Source of the DNA: Pyrinomonadaceae bacterium
Lineage (GTDB): Bacteria; Acidobacteriota; Blastocatellia; Pyrinomonadales; Pyrinomonadaceae
Reading direction: 5' to 3'
Assembly (NCBI GenBank): GCA_963826235.1
Contig: CAWGWE010000002.1
Coordinates: 626,399-690,398, forward strand
DNA: 64,000 nucleotides
Part shown: one piece after another, positions 18,404 through 27,433 of the stretch
Numbering within the stretch: position 1 is the first letter of the stretch
Layout of the letters: each line of letters opens with the position of its first letter
Position numbers and translations under genes: made by a program
The notes under the pieces: generated by a model
What the model was told of the DNA's origin: nothing
What the model saw: only the letters and a program-made list of their open reading frames with translations
Databases searched by the model: none

Positions 18404-19433
18404 AACTGACGCGGCCCGCCATCAAGTTCTCAAGATGAGTTGCGAGCGCGTCGCGCAATTCACCTGCCGTGGCAAAGCGATCCTCGGGTTTGTATTCGAC
18501 GGCGCGCATCAGTATCTGTTCAAACTCACTCGAGATTGAAGGAACGATCTGGCGCGGCCGCGGGTTCTTGTTAAAGTCAAAAATTAGCAGTGGGTTGTCC
18601 TGAGGATCAGCACCGGTTAACAGATGAAAGAGAGTCGCGCCCAGGCTATAGACATCCGAGCGGGGCTCAACGCGTCCGGCAAACAGCTCCGGCGGCGCAT
18701 AACCCATCGTGCCTACTGCGGTGACCCCTTTCTCTTCCTGCTTAACCCAACGCGCGATGCCAAAGTCGATCAGCATCACTCTTCCCGTATTGCCGTCGAT
18801 CATTAGGTTCGCCGGCTTCAGATCACGATAGATGATCTGCTTGGGACGAGTGTGCAGATATTGCAGCACGTCCGCCGCCTGCATGCCCCAATCCGTCACG
18901 GTTTTCTCGTCGATGCGGCCGCCGGGCGCGTTACGCAGGCGCGATGCCAGGTCGCCTCCCGAGATGTACTTCATCACCAGATAGAAACGGCTTAGCCCTT
19001 CGTCGTAGAAATAGTCGTAGATCGTGGGAATCGAAGGATGCTCAAGTGCGGTCAGCAGCAGCGACTCGCGTTTGAAGTCGCCGATAGCTTTTTCATGCTG
19101 CAATGGATCGAGATGAGCCTCGACCATTTCTTTGACAGCGCGTGAGGCATCGCCAAGATTCCGATCCTTAGCGAGATAGACCGCGCCCATGCCCCCGCCA
19201 CCGATACGCCGCGTGATCTCATAGCGCCCGGTCAAGACGGTGCCGGGTTCCAGTTGCTTGATTGTCGGTTGATGTCCCCCTGTAGTGCCTTTGTGATGTG
19301 TCCTGGTGGAGCTGGCTGGAGGAAAGTCGCCCGTTCTAGAACCGCCGAGCGACTCCGAGGAGATCGGAGCGTCCTCAAGTGTAGTCGGTTGTTCGTCGTA
19401 GGCCGGAGCACTAGGAGCAGGTGCATTAGGCAC
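18195..19433 (-). CDS. Hanks-type serine/threonine protein kinase
   Basis: 412-aa ORF with a GTG start and motifs 'GGGGMGAVYLA', 'AVKEM', 'YRDLKPANLMI', 'DFGIA' and 'GTMGYAPPE'. The last ~70 codons (18195-18403) are Arg-rich, overlap the FHA gene and are probably not genuine. Confidence 0.8.
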   Translation of the reverse strand: MPNAPAPSAPAYDEQPTTLEDAPISSESLGGSRTGDFPPASSTRTHHKGTTGGHQPTIKQLEPGTVLTGRYEITRRIGGGGMGAVYLAKDRNLGDASRAVKEMVEAHLDPLQHEKAIGDFKRESLLLTALEHPSIPTIYDYFYDEGLSRFYLVMKYISGGDLASRLRNAPGGRIDEKTVTDWGMQAADVLQYLHTRPKQIIYRDLKPANLMIDGNTGRVMLIDFGIARWVKQEEKGVTAVGTMGYAPPELFAGRVEPRSDVYSLGATLFHLLTGADPQDNPLLIFDFNKNPRPRQIVPSISSEFEQILMRAVEYKPEDRFATAGELRDALATHLENLMAGRVSYGMPANATRQRDRASANGLLWLLRRQDRSRRRILRPLWRAATPGWRGIQFDPASATAHGETRGRRHYGA

Positions 19434-19435
19434 AA

Positions 19436-19693
19436 CTACACTAGCCGGAGACGATTAGCCGCAGGTTCACTAACCGCAGGCGCACTCGCCGCAGCCTTGC
19501 TCAGTTCGCCTGTCTGTTTGTCAGGCACTGGCGCCTCGACATTTTCCAGCGTTTCTTGTTCCTGCTCTTCGCCCATTTCAAGATTGGCAGCTTTCGCTGA
19601 AGGTTGTGCCGCTACCGGCTGTTGCGTGCCGCAGGCTCCACAAAAGTGTTCGCCCGCACCAACCGCAACTCCACACTCAACACACTTAGCCAT
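19436..19693 (-). CDS. Small zinc-ribbon protein
   Basis: 85 aa with 'CVECG...FCGACG' followed by an acidic/Ala-rich tail. Its stop lies 2 nt before the kinase start codon. Confidence 0.55.
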   Translation of the reverse strand: MAKCVECGVAVGAGEHFCGACGTQQPVAAQPSAKAANLEMGEEQEQETLENVEAPVPDKQTGELSKAAASAPAVSEPAANRLRLV

Positions 19694-19715
19694 TTTCGAG
19701 GGGGTTCCAACAAAA

Positions 19716-20276
19716 CTATTTGGCGACGTGGAATCGTAGGAAGGTCTTCCCTACGATTATCTCATCTCCGTCTTTAAGGGGATGTCGCTGGCCGGGTTCT
19801 AATCGCCTGCCGCGATTCACAAAGGTTCCATTCGTCGAACCTTGATCTTCGAGAAAATACAGTCCGTCCTGGAGGACGATGCGCGCGTGCCGCCGCGAAA
19901 CTTTGGCCTCGGGATCGTCAGCATCAAGATCGACGTCCGGGAAAATTCCGCCGTCAGCGTCCCAACGGCCGATCTGGGATTCACCGTCGGTAAGCGTAAA
20001 CTTCTTTCCTACGGAACGTCCCCGTTCCAGTTCCAACCAGGCGTGGGGTTTGTTCGACGAGTTTAGGGAATGGGACAAGTTAAGTCCCGCACTGGAATTG
20101 GCAGCAAACTCGGGTTGTTTGCTAGCCGCGCTGGCGCCATTATTTCCTTCGCTGTCTGCCACGCCGTTGCCGCCGGGTTTGGCGGCCCGAAAGTTTGGCC
20201 TGAGCGGAGCGCCGCACTCGTCGCAATACTGCGAGCTGTCAGCGTTTTCAGCTTTGCACCTTTCACAACTAATCAT
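19716..20276 (-). CDS. Zinc-ribbon + FHA domain protein
   Basis: ORF 19716..20318 trimmed to ATG 20276 ('MISCERCKAEN...YCDECG'). The C-terminal FHA domain has 'IGRWD', 'VSRRHARI' and 'GSTNGTFVN'. Confidence 0.7.
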   Translation of the reverse strand: MISCERCKAENADSSQYCDECGAPLRPNFRAAKPGGNGVADSEGNNGASAASKQPEFAANSSAGLNLSHSLNSSNKPHAWLELERGRSVGKKFTLTDGESQIGRWDADGGIFPDVDLDADDPEAKVSRRHARIVLQDGLYFLEDQGSTNGTFVNRGRRLEPGQRHPLKDGDEIIVGKTFLRFHVAK

Positions 20277-20750
20277 CTTTTCGGCGATCCTGAACTGCGG
20301 AAAGAAGGTGGATTTCAATAATTGAAGCCAACCGGACTAGTTAAGCGGTAATTATTCTAACGCAAAGTGGCGGACTCGCCAACGCTACTTCGATCCGGCC
20401 CCGTTGGGTTGGGTAAGTCTGAGGATGGATTGCCGAAGTCTAATTACCATTTGGCGATTCCTCACCGCTGGAGGCAGAGTCTCTCACGCAGCTGAGTGCC
20501 CCGTTGTGTAAGGCCGTGGTAGCTTCATCCGCAAACCAGCGCCGAGCCTTGCAGCAACAGCCGCCAAAATATCGGCACCGCCTGCAGAGCTTCCTTTGGC
20601 CAATCAGGCTTATATGCTCATATTTGAAACCGTTTCGTGTTTTTTGACGTAAATGCTTGTCGAACCCGGGTTTGTAATTAATACCTATCCGTGCAGAATT
20701 ATTGAATTTGACGGTATTCCAGCGAAAACAATCTGTAGAAGGATTAAATC

Positions 20751-22266
20751 ATGGCTTTAAGTCGTAAGAAGAAAATCATTATCGCGGTGTCCGCCGTGGC
20801 GGTCCTGGGCATCATCATCATCGTTAGCGTTTTTGCGAGCCGCAAAGAAGAGTCAGAGGTAACTACGGTTAAGATCGATGTCAGACCCGAGCTTCGCCAA
20901 ACCGTGACAGCCTCAGGCGAAGTGCGGCCCATTCGGTACATCAAGCTGACCAGCGAAGTTCAAGGACGAATCGAAGAGATCTACGTCAATGCTGGCGACA
21001 TCGTCACGCGAGGCAAGCCTCTCGTGCAGCATCGATCCCACGCAGCTACAATCGAACCAGGAAGCGCAGTGGGCCGCAGCGCAGGCTTCAATTAGTGACG
21101 TGCAATCGGCACGCAATGCTGTCTCTTCTGCCCAACAGGGCCTGGTCGTCGCTGAAGCCGCTGTTGCCCAGGCGCGCCAGCAATTGGTGGCGGTACAAAA
21201 TTCTGTTGAGCGGGCCCAGGTAGATTTGAATACGGCGCAACGCGAATTGAAACGCAACGCTGACTTGATCGAAGCCGGCGTGGCTTCTCGCTTAGAGTAT
21301 GACACCGCGCGCGATCGTTTTGACCAGGCCAAGATTGCGCTCGACACAGCCAAAGCAAATCTGGAGTCGCAGAGGATCGCCGTAAAGGAAGCTATGGAGC
21401 GCGCTAACCAGCAACGGATCGCCGTCGGCGATGCGCGCACCGGAATCAAGACTTCCGAAATGCGTGCCAGCCAGCAACAAGCCTTGTTGCGTGGCCAATC
21501 AAGCCAGCGTTCGAAAGCAACCCAGCTTTCACCTCTGAACGGCGTCATTGCCGACATCCCGGCGCGCGTCGGTGAGTTTGCCGTGGCCGGGCTCTCAACC
21601 ACTTCGCTGATGACGATTGCCGACATGTCAACGATCAACGTTGAAGTCAATGTCGACGAAACTGAAATCTCCAATGTTGAGGTAGGGCAGCCGGTGAAAG
21701 TTAAAGTGGACGCTCTTGGTGAGAAGGAGATCGCTGCCGTAGTGACGCAAAAGAATCCCCTCGCTGTCTCCAAGTCTGATACGCAGGGTGGACTCTCCGC
21801 GCGCGTAAATGTTCAGGAAGCAAAAGAGTTCAAAGTTACCGTCGAGCTTAAAGACTTACCGGACGAAGTTCGCAACAGTCTGCGGCCGGGAATGAGCGCG
21901 ACGGCTACAATTACAACCGAAGTTAAGAACAACGTCGTTGCTGTTCCGCTCGAATCGATTGTCGAGAAGGCGCCCACTGCCTCGCCCTCTCCCGCTGCAA
22001 CAATTGCCGGCACCGTCCCTAATCCGCCCTCCACAGAGAAACCAAAGAACCTCAAAGGCGTCTACGTCATCGAGGGATCTAAAGTACGATTCATCGAAGT
22101 AACAACCGGAATCACTGGTGAAGCCGACATCGAGGTTACCAGCGGGGTGCAAGCGGGTATGGAAATTGTTCGCGGACCTAGCCGCGTTCTCAAGACTCTG
22201 AAAGACGGAATGTCTGTAAAACGTCAGGAAAGAAAGCCCGGCGGCAACGCCAACGAGGCCAGCTAA
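20751..22266 (+). pseudogene. HlyD/MacA-type periplasmic efflux adaptor, frame-disrupted
   Basis: ORF 20751..21095 has a signal anchor and 'VQGRIEEIYVNAGDIVTRGKPLVQ'. ORF 20989..22266 begins 'IDPTQLQSNQEAQ' and continues with a long coiled coil and beta-barrel part. Together they are two halves of one adaptor. The frame changes at about 21030. Confidence 0.75.
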
Positions 22267-23027
22267 TGAGCGACGCCACACTTACTACCCCAGTGATGGA
22301 TCCGGTCGTGCAGCCGAGTGTCACGAGCGCGCAACACACTCCGAATGCGCTCATCTCGATGCGCGACATTTGGAAGACCTATCAGATGGGAACCGAAGCA
22401 GTGCACGCCTTGCACGGGGTGTCGTTTGACGTTCACAAAGGTGAATACATCGCCATCATCGGACCTTCTGGTTCCGGCAAATCGACGTTGATGAATTTGA
22501 TTGGCTGCCTCGACACCCCGTCCAAGGGCGAGTACTGGTTGAACAATAAGAACGTCTCGGAAATGGACGACGACGAACTCGCCCGCATTCGCAACCAGGA
22601 AGTCGGGTTCGTGTTTCAGACCTTTAACCTGTTGGCGCGCGCTACCGCGCTTCATAATGTCGAGCTGCCACTAATCTACGGTGGCATCTCGTCGTCACAG
22701 CGGCACGAGATGGCAAAGAAGGCGCTTGGCTCAGTCGATCTCACAGACCGGATGATGCACCGCCCCAACGAACTGTCGGGCGGACAAAGACAACGCGTTG
22801 CGATTGCGCGCGCACTTGTGAACCATCCATCGATCCTGCTCGCTGACGAACCTACGGGCGCGCTCGATACTCACACCAGCATGGAGATAATGGATCTTTT
22901 CGAACGCCTCCACTCCGAAGGCAACACGATTATTCTGGTTACACACGAGCACGACATTGCTGCCCGCGCTCATCGCATCCTCTCAATTCGCGACGGACTG
23001 ATCGAAAAAGACGAAAAGATCAGATAG
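22266..23027 (+). CDS. ABC transporter ATP-binding protein (MacB/LolD type)
   Basis: 253 aa with Walker A 'GPSGSGKST', signature 'LSGGQRQR' and Walker B '[12 protein letters not shown]'. Its start overlaps the adaptor stop (TAATG). Confidence 0.85.
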   Translation: MSDATLTTPVMDPVVQPSVTSAQHTPNALISMRDIWKTYQMGTEAVHALHGVSFDVHKGEYIAIIGPSGSGKSTLMNLIGCLDTPSKGEYWLNNKNVSEMDDDELARIRNQEVGFVFQTFNLLARATALHNVELPLIYGGISSSQRHEMAKKALGSVDLTDRMMHRPNELSGGQRQRVAIARALVNHPSILLADEPTGALDTHTSMEIMDLFERLHSEGNTIILVTHEHDIAARAHRILSIRDGLIEKDEKIR

Positions 23028-23049
23028 GGATCCAGGCGATGATTGGGGC

Positions 23050-24426
23050 GTGGTGGCTCTGATGAAACGCGATCAGCCCGATGAGATCACTGCAAACGAG
23101 GTGCCTGATAGCTCACGTCGTTCGTTCGGTTCAGCCAGGCGTTTCGCAGCTCCGCGCAAATCCAGTCTGCTCGGCCTCTTCCGTATCACCGCTCTCTGGG
23201 AAGCTTTCCTCGTAGCCACGTCCAGTCTCCGCACCAACAAACTCCGCACGGCACTAACACTGATGGGCATAGTGGTCGGCGTTACAGCAGTGATTGCCGT
23301 CGTCACGATCATCAAAGGTCTCGACAAGACCGTCGCGCAAACTTTCTCGTCGCAGGGTTCGACGGTTTTCACGATTTCGAAAAAGCCGGCGATTATTAAA
23401 TCGCGGGAAGAGTTTGTCACCTTCAATAAACGCAAGGACGTTACCGACGAAGACGCCGAGGCAATCGCGCGGCTTTGCTCGGTCTGTTGGCGTGTCGGCA
23501 TCGCGGCCAATGCTGTGGAAACGGTCAAGCGTGCCGATCAAAAAGCCGAAAACGTGCGCATCCGTGGCGTAACTCCGCTCACGATGTTTGAGATCGACGG
23601 TGTCTCGATTGATGCCGGCCGCATCTGGACTGACGGCGAAGGTCAATCCGGACGTGCTGTTGCAGTAGCGGGCCCGGACCTGCTGAAGAACCTGTTTGGC
23701 GATGCGCCTGCGGATCGCGCGGTGGGCCAGGAGATTCGGATTGCCGGGCGGCCATACACAGTGATTGGCGTGCTGGAGCCGCTCGGCTCCATTTTTGGTT
23801 TCTCGCGCGACAACGTTGTCTACATCCCTTACTCGGCTTATCAACAATCGTTTGGCGCGCGTAGCTCGATTGTTGCGTTCATACAAGTGCCCAGCGCCGA
23901 ACAATTGGAAGCCGCCGAAGATCAGGTGCGCACTATTATGCTGAACCGGCGCGGCAAAATGTTCGGCGACGACGGTGATGAGGGATTTTCATTAGAGACC
24001 CAGGATGTGTTTCTCGATCTTTATGGGCAAGCAACTTCCAACATCTACATCGTAACGATTGGGGTTGCGGCCATTTCACTTGTGGTGGGAGGCATCGTGG
24101 TAATGAATATCATGCTCGTCTCCGTCACCGAACGCACCAAGGAAATCGGGATTCGCAAAGCTATTGGGGCACGACGAAAAGATATTCTCGCGCAGTTTCT
24201 AATTGAGGCTGTAACGGTAACGGCAATTGGAGGCGCGCTCGGTGTGATAACTGGTTTTGGTTTGGCTTACATCATCGCTTCACTGATTGGTTTTCCCCTG
24301 TTGGTGAGTGTGGCCTCAGCAGTTTTAGGGGTTGGTGTTTCATCGGTGGTGGGAATTATCAGCGGGTTGTGGCCCGCCTGGCGCGCAGCGAAACTCGATC
24401 CGATTGAAGCTCTGCGAGCGGAGTAA
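23050..24426 (+). CDS. ABC transporter permease, MacB-like (MacB_PCD + FtsX), paralog 1
   Basis: 458-aa ORF with a GTG start (alternative ATG at 23062). It contains 'LRTNKLRTALTLMGIVVGV' and the FtsX core 'MNIMLVSVTERTKEIGIRKAIGA', and ends 'LDPIEALRAE'. Confidence 0.8.
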   Translation: MVALMKRDQPDEITANEVPDSSRRSFGSARRFAAPRKSSLLGLFRITALWEAFLVATSSLRTNKLRTALTLMGIVVGVTAVIAVVTIIKGLDKTVAQTFSSQGSTVFTISKKPAIIKSREEFVTFNKRKDVTDEDAEAIARLCSVCWRVGIAANAVETVKRADQKAENVRIRGVTPLTMFEIDGVSIDAGRIWTDGEGQSGRAVAVAGPDLLKNLFGDAPADRAVGQEIRIAGRPYTVIGVLEPLGSIFGFSRDNVVYIPYSAYQQSFGARSSIVAFIQVPSAEQLEAAEDQVRTIMLNRRGKMFGDDGDEGFSLETQDVFLDLYGQATSNIYIVTIGVAAISLVVGGIVVMNIMLVSVTERTKEIGIRKAIGARRKDILAQFLIEAVTVTAIGGALGVITGFGLAYIIASLIGFPLLVSVASAVLGVGVSSVVGIISGLWPAWRAAKLDPIEALRAE

Positions 24427-24430
24427 CATC

Positions 24431-24526
24431 ATTGGCGATTGCCAATTGCCGATTGCCAATTTTTAAGTGCAATAGATACTAGTCAGCTTCAAAGGTGCGC
24501 CAATTGGCAATTGGCAATTGGCAATT
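24431..24526. repeat. GCCAATTG-family inverted repeat between permease paralogs 1 and 2
   Basis: The left arm is 'attggcgattgccaattgccgattgccaattt' and the right arm is 'gccaattggcaattggcaattggcaatt' (perfect 8-nt period). Confidence 0.85.
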
Positions 24527-24532
24527 AATCTA

Positions 24533-25774
24533 ATGCGTTTAGACGACGTAAAAGAATCTTCACTGATGGCGCTCGACACGCTGCGAGCGAATAAGCTGCG
24601 CTCGTCGCTGACGATCCTCGGTGTCAGTGTCGGCGTCGTCACCATCATCTTCATGGTTTCGATCATACAGGGGCTGAATCGCGCTTTTGCCGATCAGATT
24701 GAATCGCTCGGCTCGAACACAATTTTTGTTTCTAAGTTTGAACCCAGTTTCGGACGACCACCCAATCCCGAAGAAGTTCATCGCAAAGACCTGACCATGG
24801 ATGATGCGGAAGCTTTGCGTCGCGAGGCCCCCTCCATCGCTGGGGTCTCGCCGATCCATCGGATGATTGCAGCAACGGCTCGTTATCAGGACAGACAGAC
24901 CGATACGCCGATTCTTTTAGGAGTGACGCCCTATTACGAGTTTGTGCACAGCCAGTACGTCGCGAGCGGACGATTCATCGGAGACATCGAGATGCAGGAC
25001 CGCGCCAACGTCTGCGTCCTCGGCGTCGATGTGATGCGCGCGCTTTTCCCTTACGAGAATGCGGTCGACAAGGAGATTAGAATTAACGGCAATCCTTATC
25101 GAGTGATCGGTGTGATGGAACCGCTCGGCAATTTCTTTGGCCAGTCGCGCGACAATACCATCTTCATGCCAATTTCCACGTTCGATAAATACTATCCCGA
25201 TCAACCATTCCCTCAGGTGGTGTTTTTTATTATCGTTCGCCCGCACTCGCGCGCCCACGTGAAGTCAGCGATGGATGAGATAAGCGACATCCTGCGCCGC
25301 CGCCGCCGCGTTCCGCAAAACGCGCCGAACAATTTTGGTGTCTCATCACAGGATTCCTTGTTGGACATTTACAATCAACTGACCGGCGCGACTGCACTGG
25401 TTCTGACTGCAATCTCCTTTGTGGCGTTGATGATTGGAGGTATCGGCGTCATGAACATCATGCTGGTCTCTGTTACCGAGCGCACTAAAGAAATTGGCAT
25501 TCGCAAAGCTGTGGGTGCTACAAAATTCAACATCCTTTCGCAGTTTCTGATTGAAGCGGTCGTGTTGACGGCGATTGGCGGACTTGCAGGTTTGATCGTT
25601 GGGGAGATTGCCAGCCTGCTGATGAACCGGTATTCGCCGCTCCCTGCTTATGTTCCGCTCTGGGCCATCGCCATGGGAATCGGAATTTCAGCTGCGGTGG
25701 GGATTGTGTTTGGGCTCTGGCCCGCATGGAAAGCAGCACGCCTGGATCCGATTGAGGCGTTGCGGTGGGAATAG
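24533..25774 (+). CDS. ABC transporter permease, MacB-like, paralog 2
   Basis: ORF 24518..25774 trimmed to ATG 24533, because the TTG at 24518 lies inside the GCCAATTG repeat. It contains 'LRANKLRSSLTILGVSVGV' and 'MNIMLVSVTERTKEIGIRKAVGA', and ends 'LDPIEALRWE'. Confidence 0.8.
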   Translation: MRLDDVKESSLMALDTLRANKLRSSLTILGVSVGVVTIIFMVSIIQGLNRAFADQIESLGSNTIFVSKFEPSFGRPPNPEEVHRKDLTMDDAEALRREAPSIAGVSPIHRMIAATARYQDRQTDTPILLGVTPYYEFVHSQYVASGRFIGDIEMQDRANVCVLGVDVMRALFPYENAVDKEIRINGNPYRVIGVMEPLGNFFGQSRDNTIFMPISTFDKYYPDQPFPQVVFFIIVRPHSRAHVKSAMDEISDILRRRRRVPQNAPNNFGVSSQDSLLDIYNQLTGATALVLTAISFVALMIGGIGVMNIMLVSVTERTKEIGIRKAVGATKFNILSQFLIEAVVLTAIGGLAGLIVGEIASLLMNRYSPLPAYVPLWAIAMGIGISAAVGIVFGLWPAWKAARLDPIEALRWE

Positions 25775-25937
25775 ATCGGTCTCAAGTTTCAGGTCTCAAG
25801 TCTCAGGTCTCAACTGATCTGCACTTTGAACTTGGTGCTTTGTACTTTGTTCGCTACCGGCACTCGGAGGGTCGACGCGCTTCACCTCCCAGCTCAAAAT
25901 ACAAAGCTCGAAGTACAAAGTTCTAAGTTCAAAAACC
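25774..25937. repeat. GGTCTCA run followed by AGTACAAAG-family inverted repeat, between permease paralogs 2 and 3
   Basis: The run 'gatcggtctcaagtttcaggtctcaagtctcaggtctcaactgatc' comes first. It is followed by 'actttgaacttggtgctttgtactttg' paired with 'caaagctcgaagtacaaagttctaagttcaaa'. Confidence 0.85.
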
Positions 25938-25988
25938 AGGGCCCCTATAGAGAAACCCTTAACGTTTCTGACCCGTATTAACTAAACC

Positions 25989-27227
25989 TTGAAATTTATC
26001 GAGACATTGAAGCTGGCTGTCGCGGCAATTTGGGCACATAAGCTGCGCTCAGTATTGACATTGCTCGGCATGATTATTGGAGTTATGGCCGTCGTGGTCG
26101 TCTATTCCCTCATCCAGGGCTTCAATACCTATGTTGATGAAAAGATTGCCGGCATTGGGGCCAAGTCGTTCAACGTGCAGCGCTTCAATCCTCTCGAAGA
26201 CTTTAAAGATACAGATACGATCGCGGCCGCTCAGCGTCGCAACAAAGATCTGACGATGGAGGATTTCGAGTATTTGCAGGAGCGCGCGACCTTGATTGGA
26301 AAACTCGGCGCGCGCGCGCGTGGCACACCATCCGAGATTAAGCGCGGGGATCAAACGCTTGAGGACGTCTTTGTGTCCGGCGCCACGGCTGCCATTGCCG
26401 ACATCGAAAATCGCGACATCGCCGACGGCAGATTTCTTGTCCAAGCCGAAGACGATGCCGCTCAGCGCGTCGCCTATCTTGGCGCCGACGTTGCCACGAA
26501 ACTTTTTCCGGCAGGGAATCCTTTGAATCAGGAAATCTCGATCAGGGGCATTCCCTATCGCGTGATCGGAGTCGAGGTCGCCCGCGGCACTGTCTTCGGA
26601 ATTCCACAGGACAACTTCGTGCTAATTCCTTTGAAGACCTATGCCAACAATTTTGGTGGTCTGATTCGGCAGCGCTCGCTCTACTTTGTAGCCACTTCTA
26701 AAACTGACGACACGTTTAACGACGCAGTTGATGAGGCGCGTTTCCTGATGCGAGTGCGCCGTAAACTTGGAGCTAATGAGAAAGACAACTTTGGCATCGT
26801 TACACCCGATGCCATCACCGGACTTCGCGACCGTCTCTTTGGCACAATCTTCATTGTCGCTATCGCGGTTCCCAGTATCGCTCTGCTCGTTGGCGCCATC
26901 GTTATCATGAACATCATGCTGGTGTCGGTCACGGAGCGCACCAAGGAGATTGGCGTCCGTAAATCGCTCGGAGCTCGCCAGATGGATATCCTCAAGCAAT
27001 TTTTGGTTGAAGCTGTCACACTCTCGGCAATCGGTGGTCTGGTGGGAGTTTCTATCGCCTGGATTATTGGACGAGTGCTGACCGCAGTTTTCTTCCCAAC
27101 GTCGCTTTCCCTCGGAGCAATAGCGATTGCAGTTGGCGTATCCATGGCGGTCGGCGTTGCTGCTGGCGTCTTCCCGGCATGGAAAGCTGCGCGGCTCGAT
27201 CCGATAGAAGCGTTACGGGCGGAATAG
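25989..27227 (+). CDS. ABC transporter permease, MacB-like, paralog 3
   Basis: 412 aa with a TTG start. It contains 'HKLRSVLTLLGMIIGV' and 'MNIMLVSVTERTKEIGVRKSLGA', and ends 'LDPIEALRAE'. Confidence 0.8.
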   Translation: MKFIETLKLAVAAIWAHKLRSVLTLLGMIIGVMAVVVVYSLIQGFNTYVDEKIAGIGAKSFNVQRFNPLEDFKDTDTIAAAQRRNKDLTMEDFEYLQERATLIGKLGARARGTPSEIKRGDQTLEDVFVSGATAAIADIENRDIADGRFLVQAEDDAAQRVAYLGADVATKLFPAGNPLNQEISIRGIPYRVIGVEVARGTVFGIPQDNFVLIPLKTYANNFGGLIRQRSLYFVATSKTDDTFNDAVDEARFLMRVRRKLGANEKDNFGIVTPDAITGLRDRLFGTIFIVAIAVPSIALLVGAIVIMNIMLVSVTERTKEIGVRKSLGARQMDILKQFLVEAVTLSAIGGLVGVSIAWIIGRVLTAVFFPTSLSLGAIAIAVGVSMAVGVAAGVFPAWKAARLDPIEALRAE

Positions 27228-27234
27228 AAGCGAA

Positions 27235-27416
27235 TTTTGAACTTGGAACTTGGAACTTAGAAGCTCGAGCTTAAGGCTTTCACCATTTCGAGATGCCACG
27301 GCGAACAAAGTTCCAAGTTCAATGTTCTAAGTACAAAGGTCAAGCTCTAAGTACAAAGTTCAAATTACCAAGTTCTGAGGACAAAGTTGTAAATAGAAAG
27401 TTCTAAGTTCAAAACC
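27235..27416. repeat. AGTTCCAAG/AGTACAAAG-family inverted repeat between permease paralogs 3 and 4
   Basis: The left arm is 'ttttgaacttggaacttggaacttagaagctcgagctt'. The right side is a 110-nt run 'acaaagttccaagttcaatgttctaagtacaaaggtcaagctctaagtacaaagttcaaa...gttctaagttcaaaacc'. Confidence 0.85.
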
Positions 27417-27433
27417 GAGTACGCTAAAAAACA

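Noticed and set aside
20913-21773. Long antisense or overlapping ORFs inside larger genes. Examples are 20913..21773 (-), 23254..23904 (-), 13422..13919 (-), 3769..4386 (+), 2733..3305 (+), 42782..43537 (+) and 50955..51440 (-).
   Set aside because: Each lies opposite or out of frame within a gene that has clear family motifs. Their translations are Arg/Ala/Ser-rich with no recognisable motifs. They are typical shadow ORFs of moderately GC-rich coding DNA.
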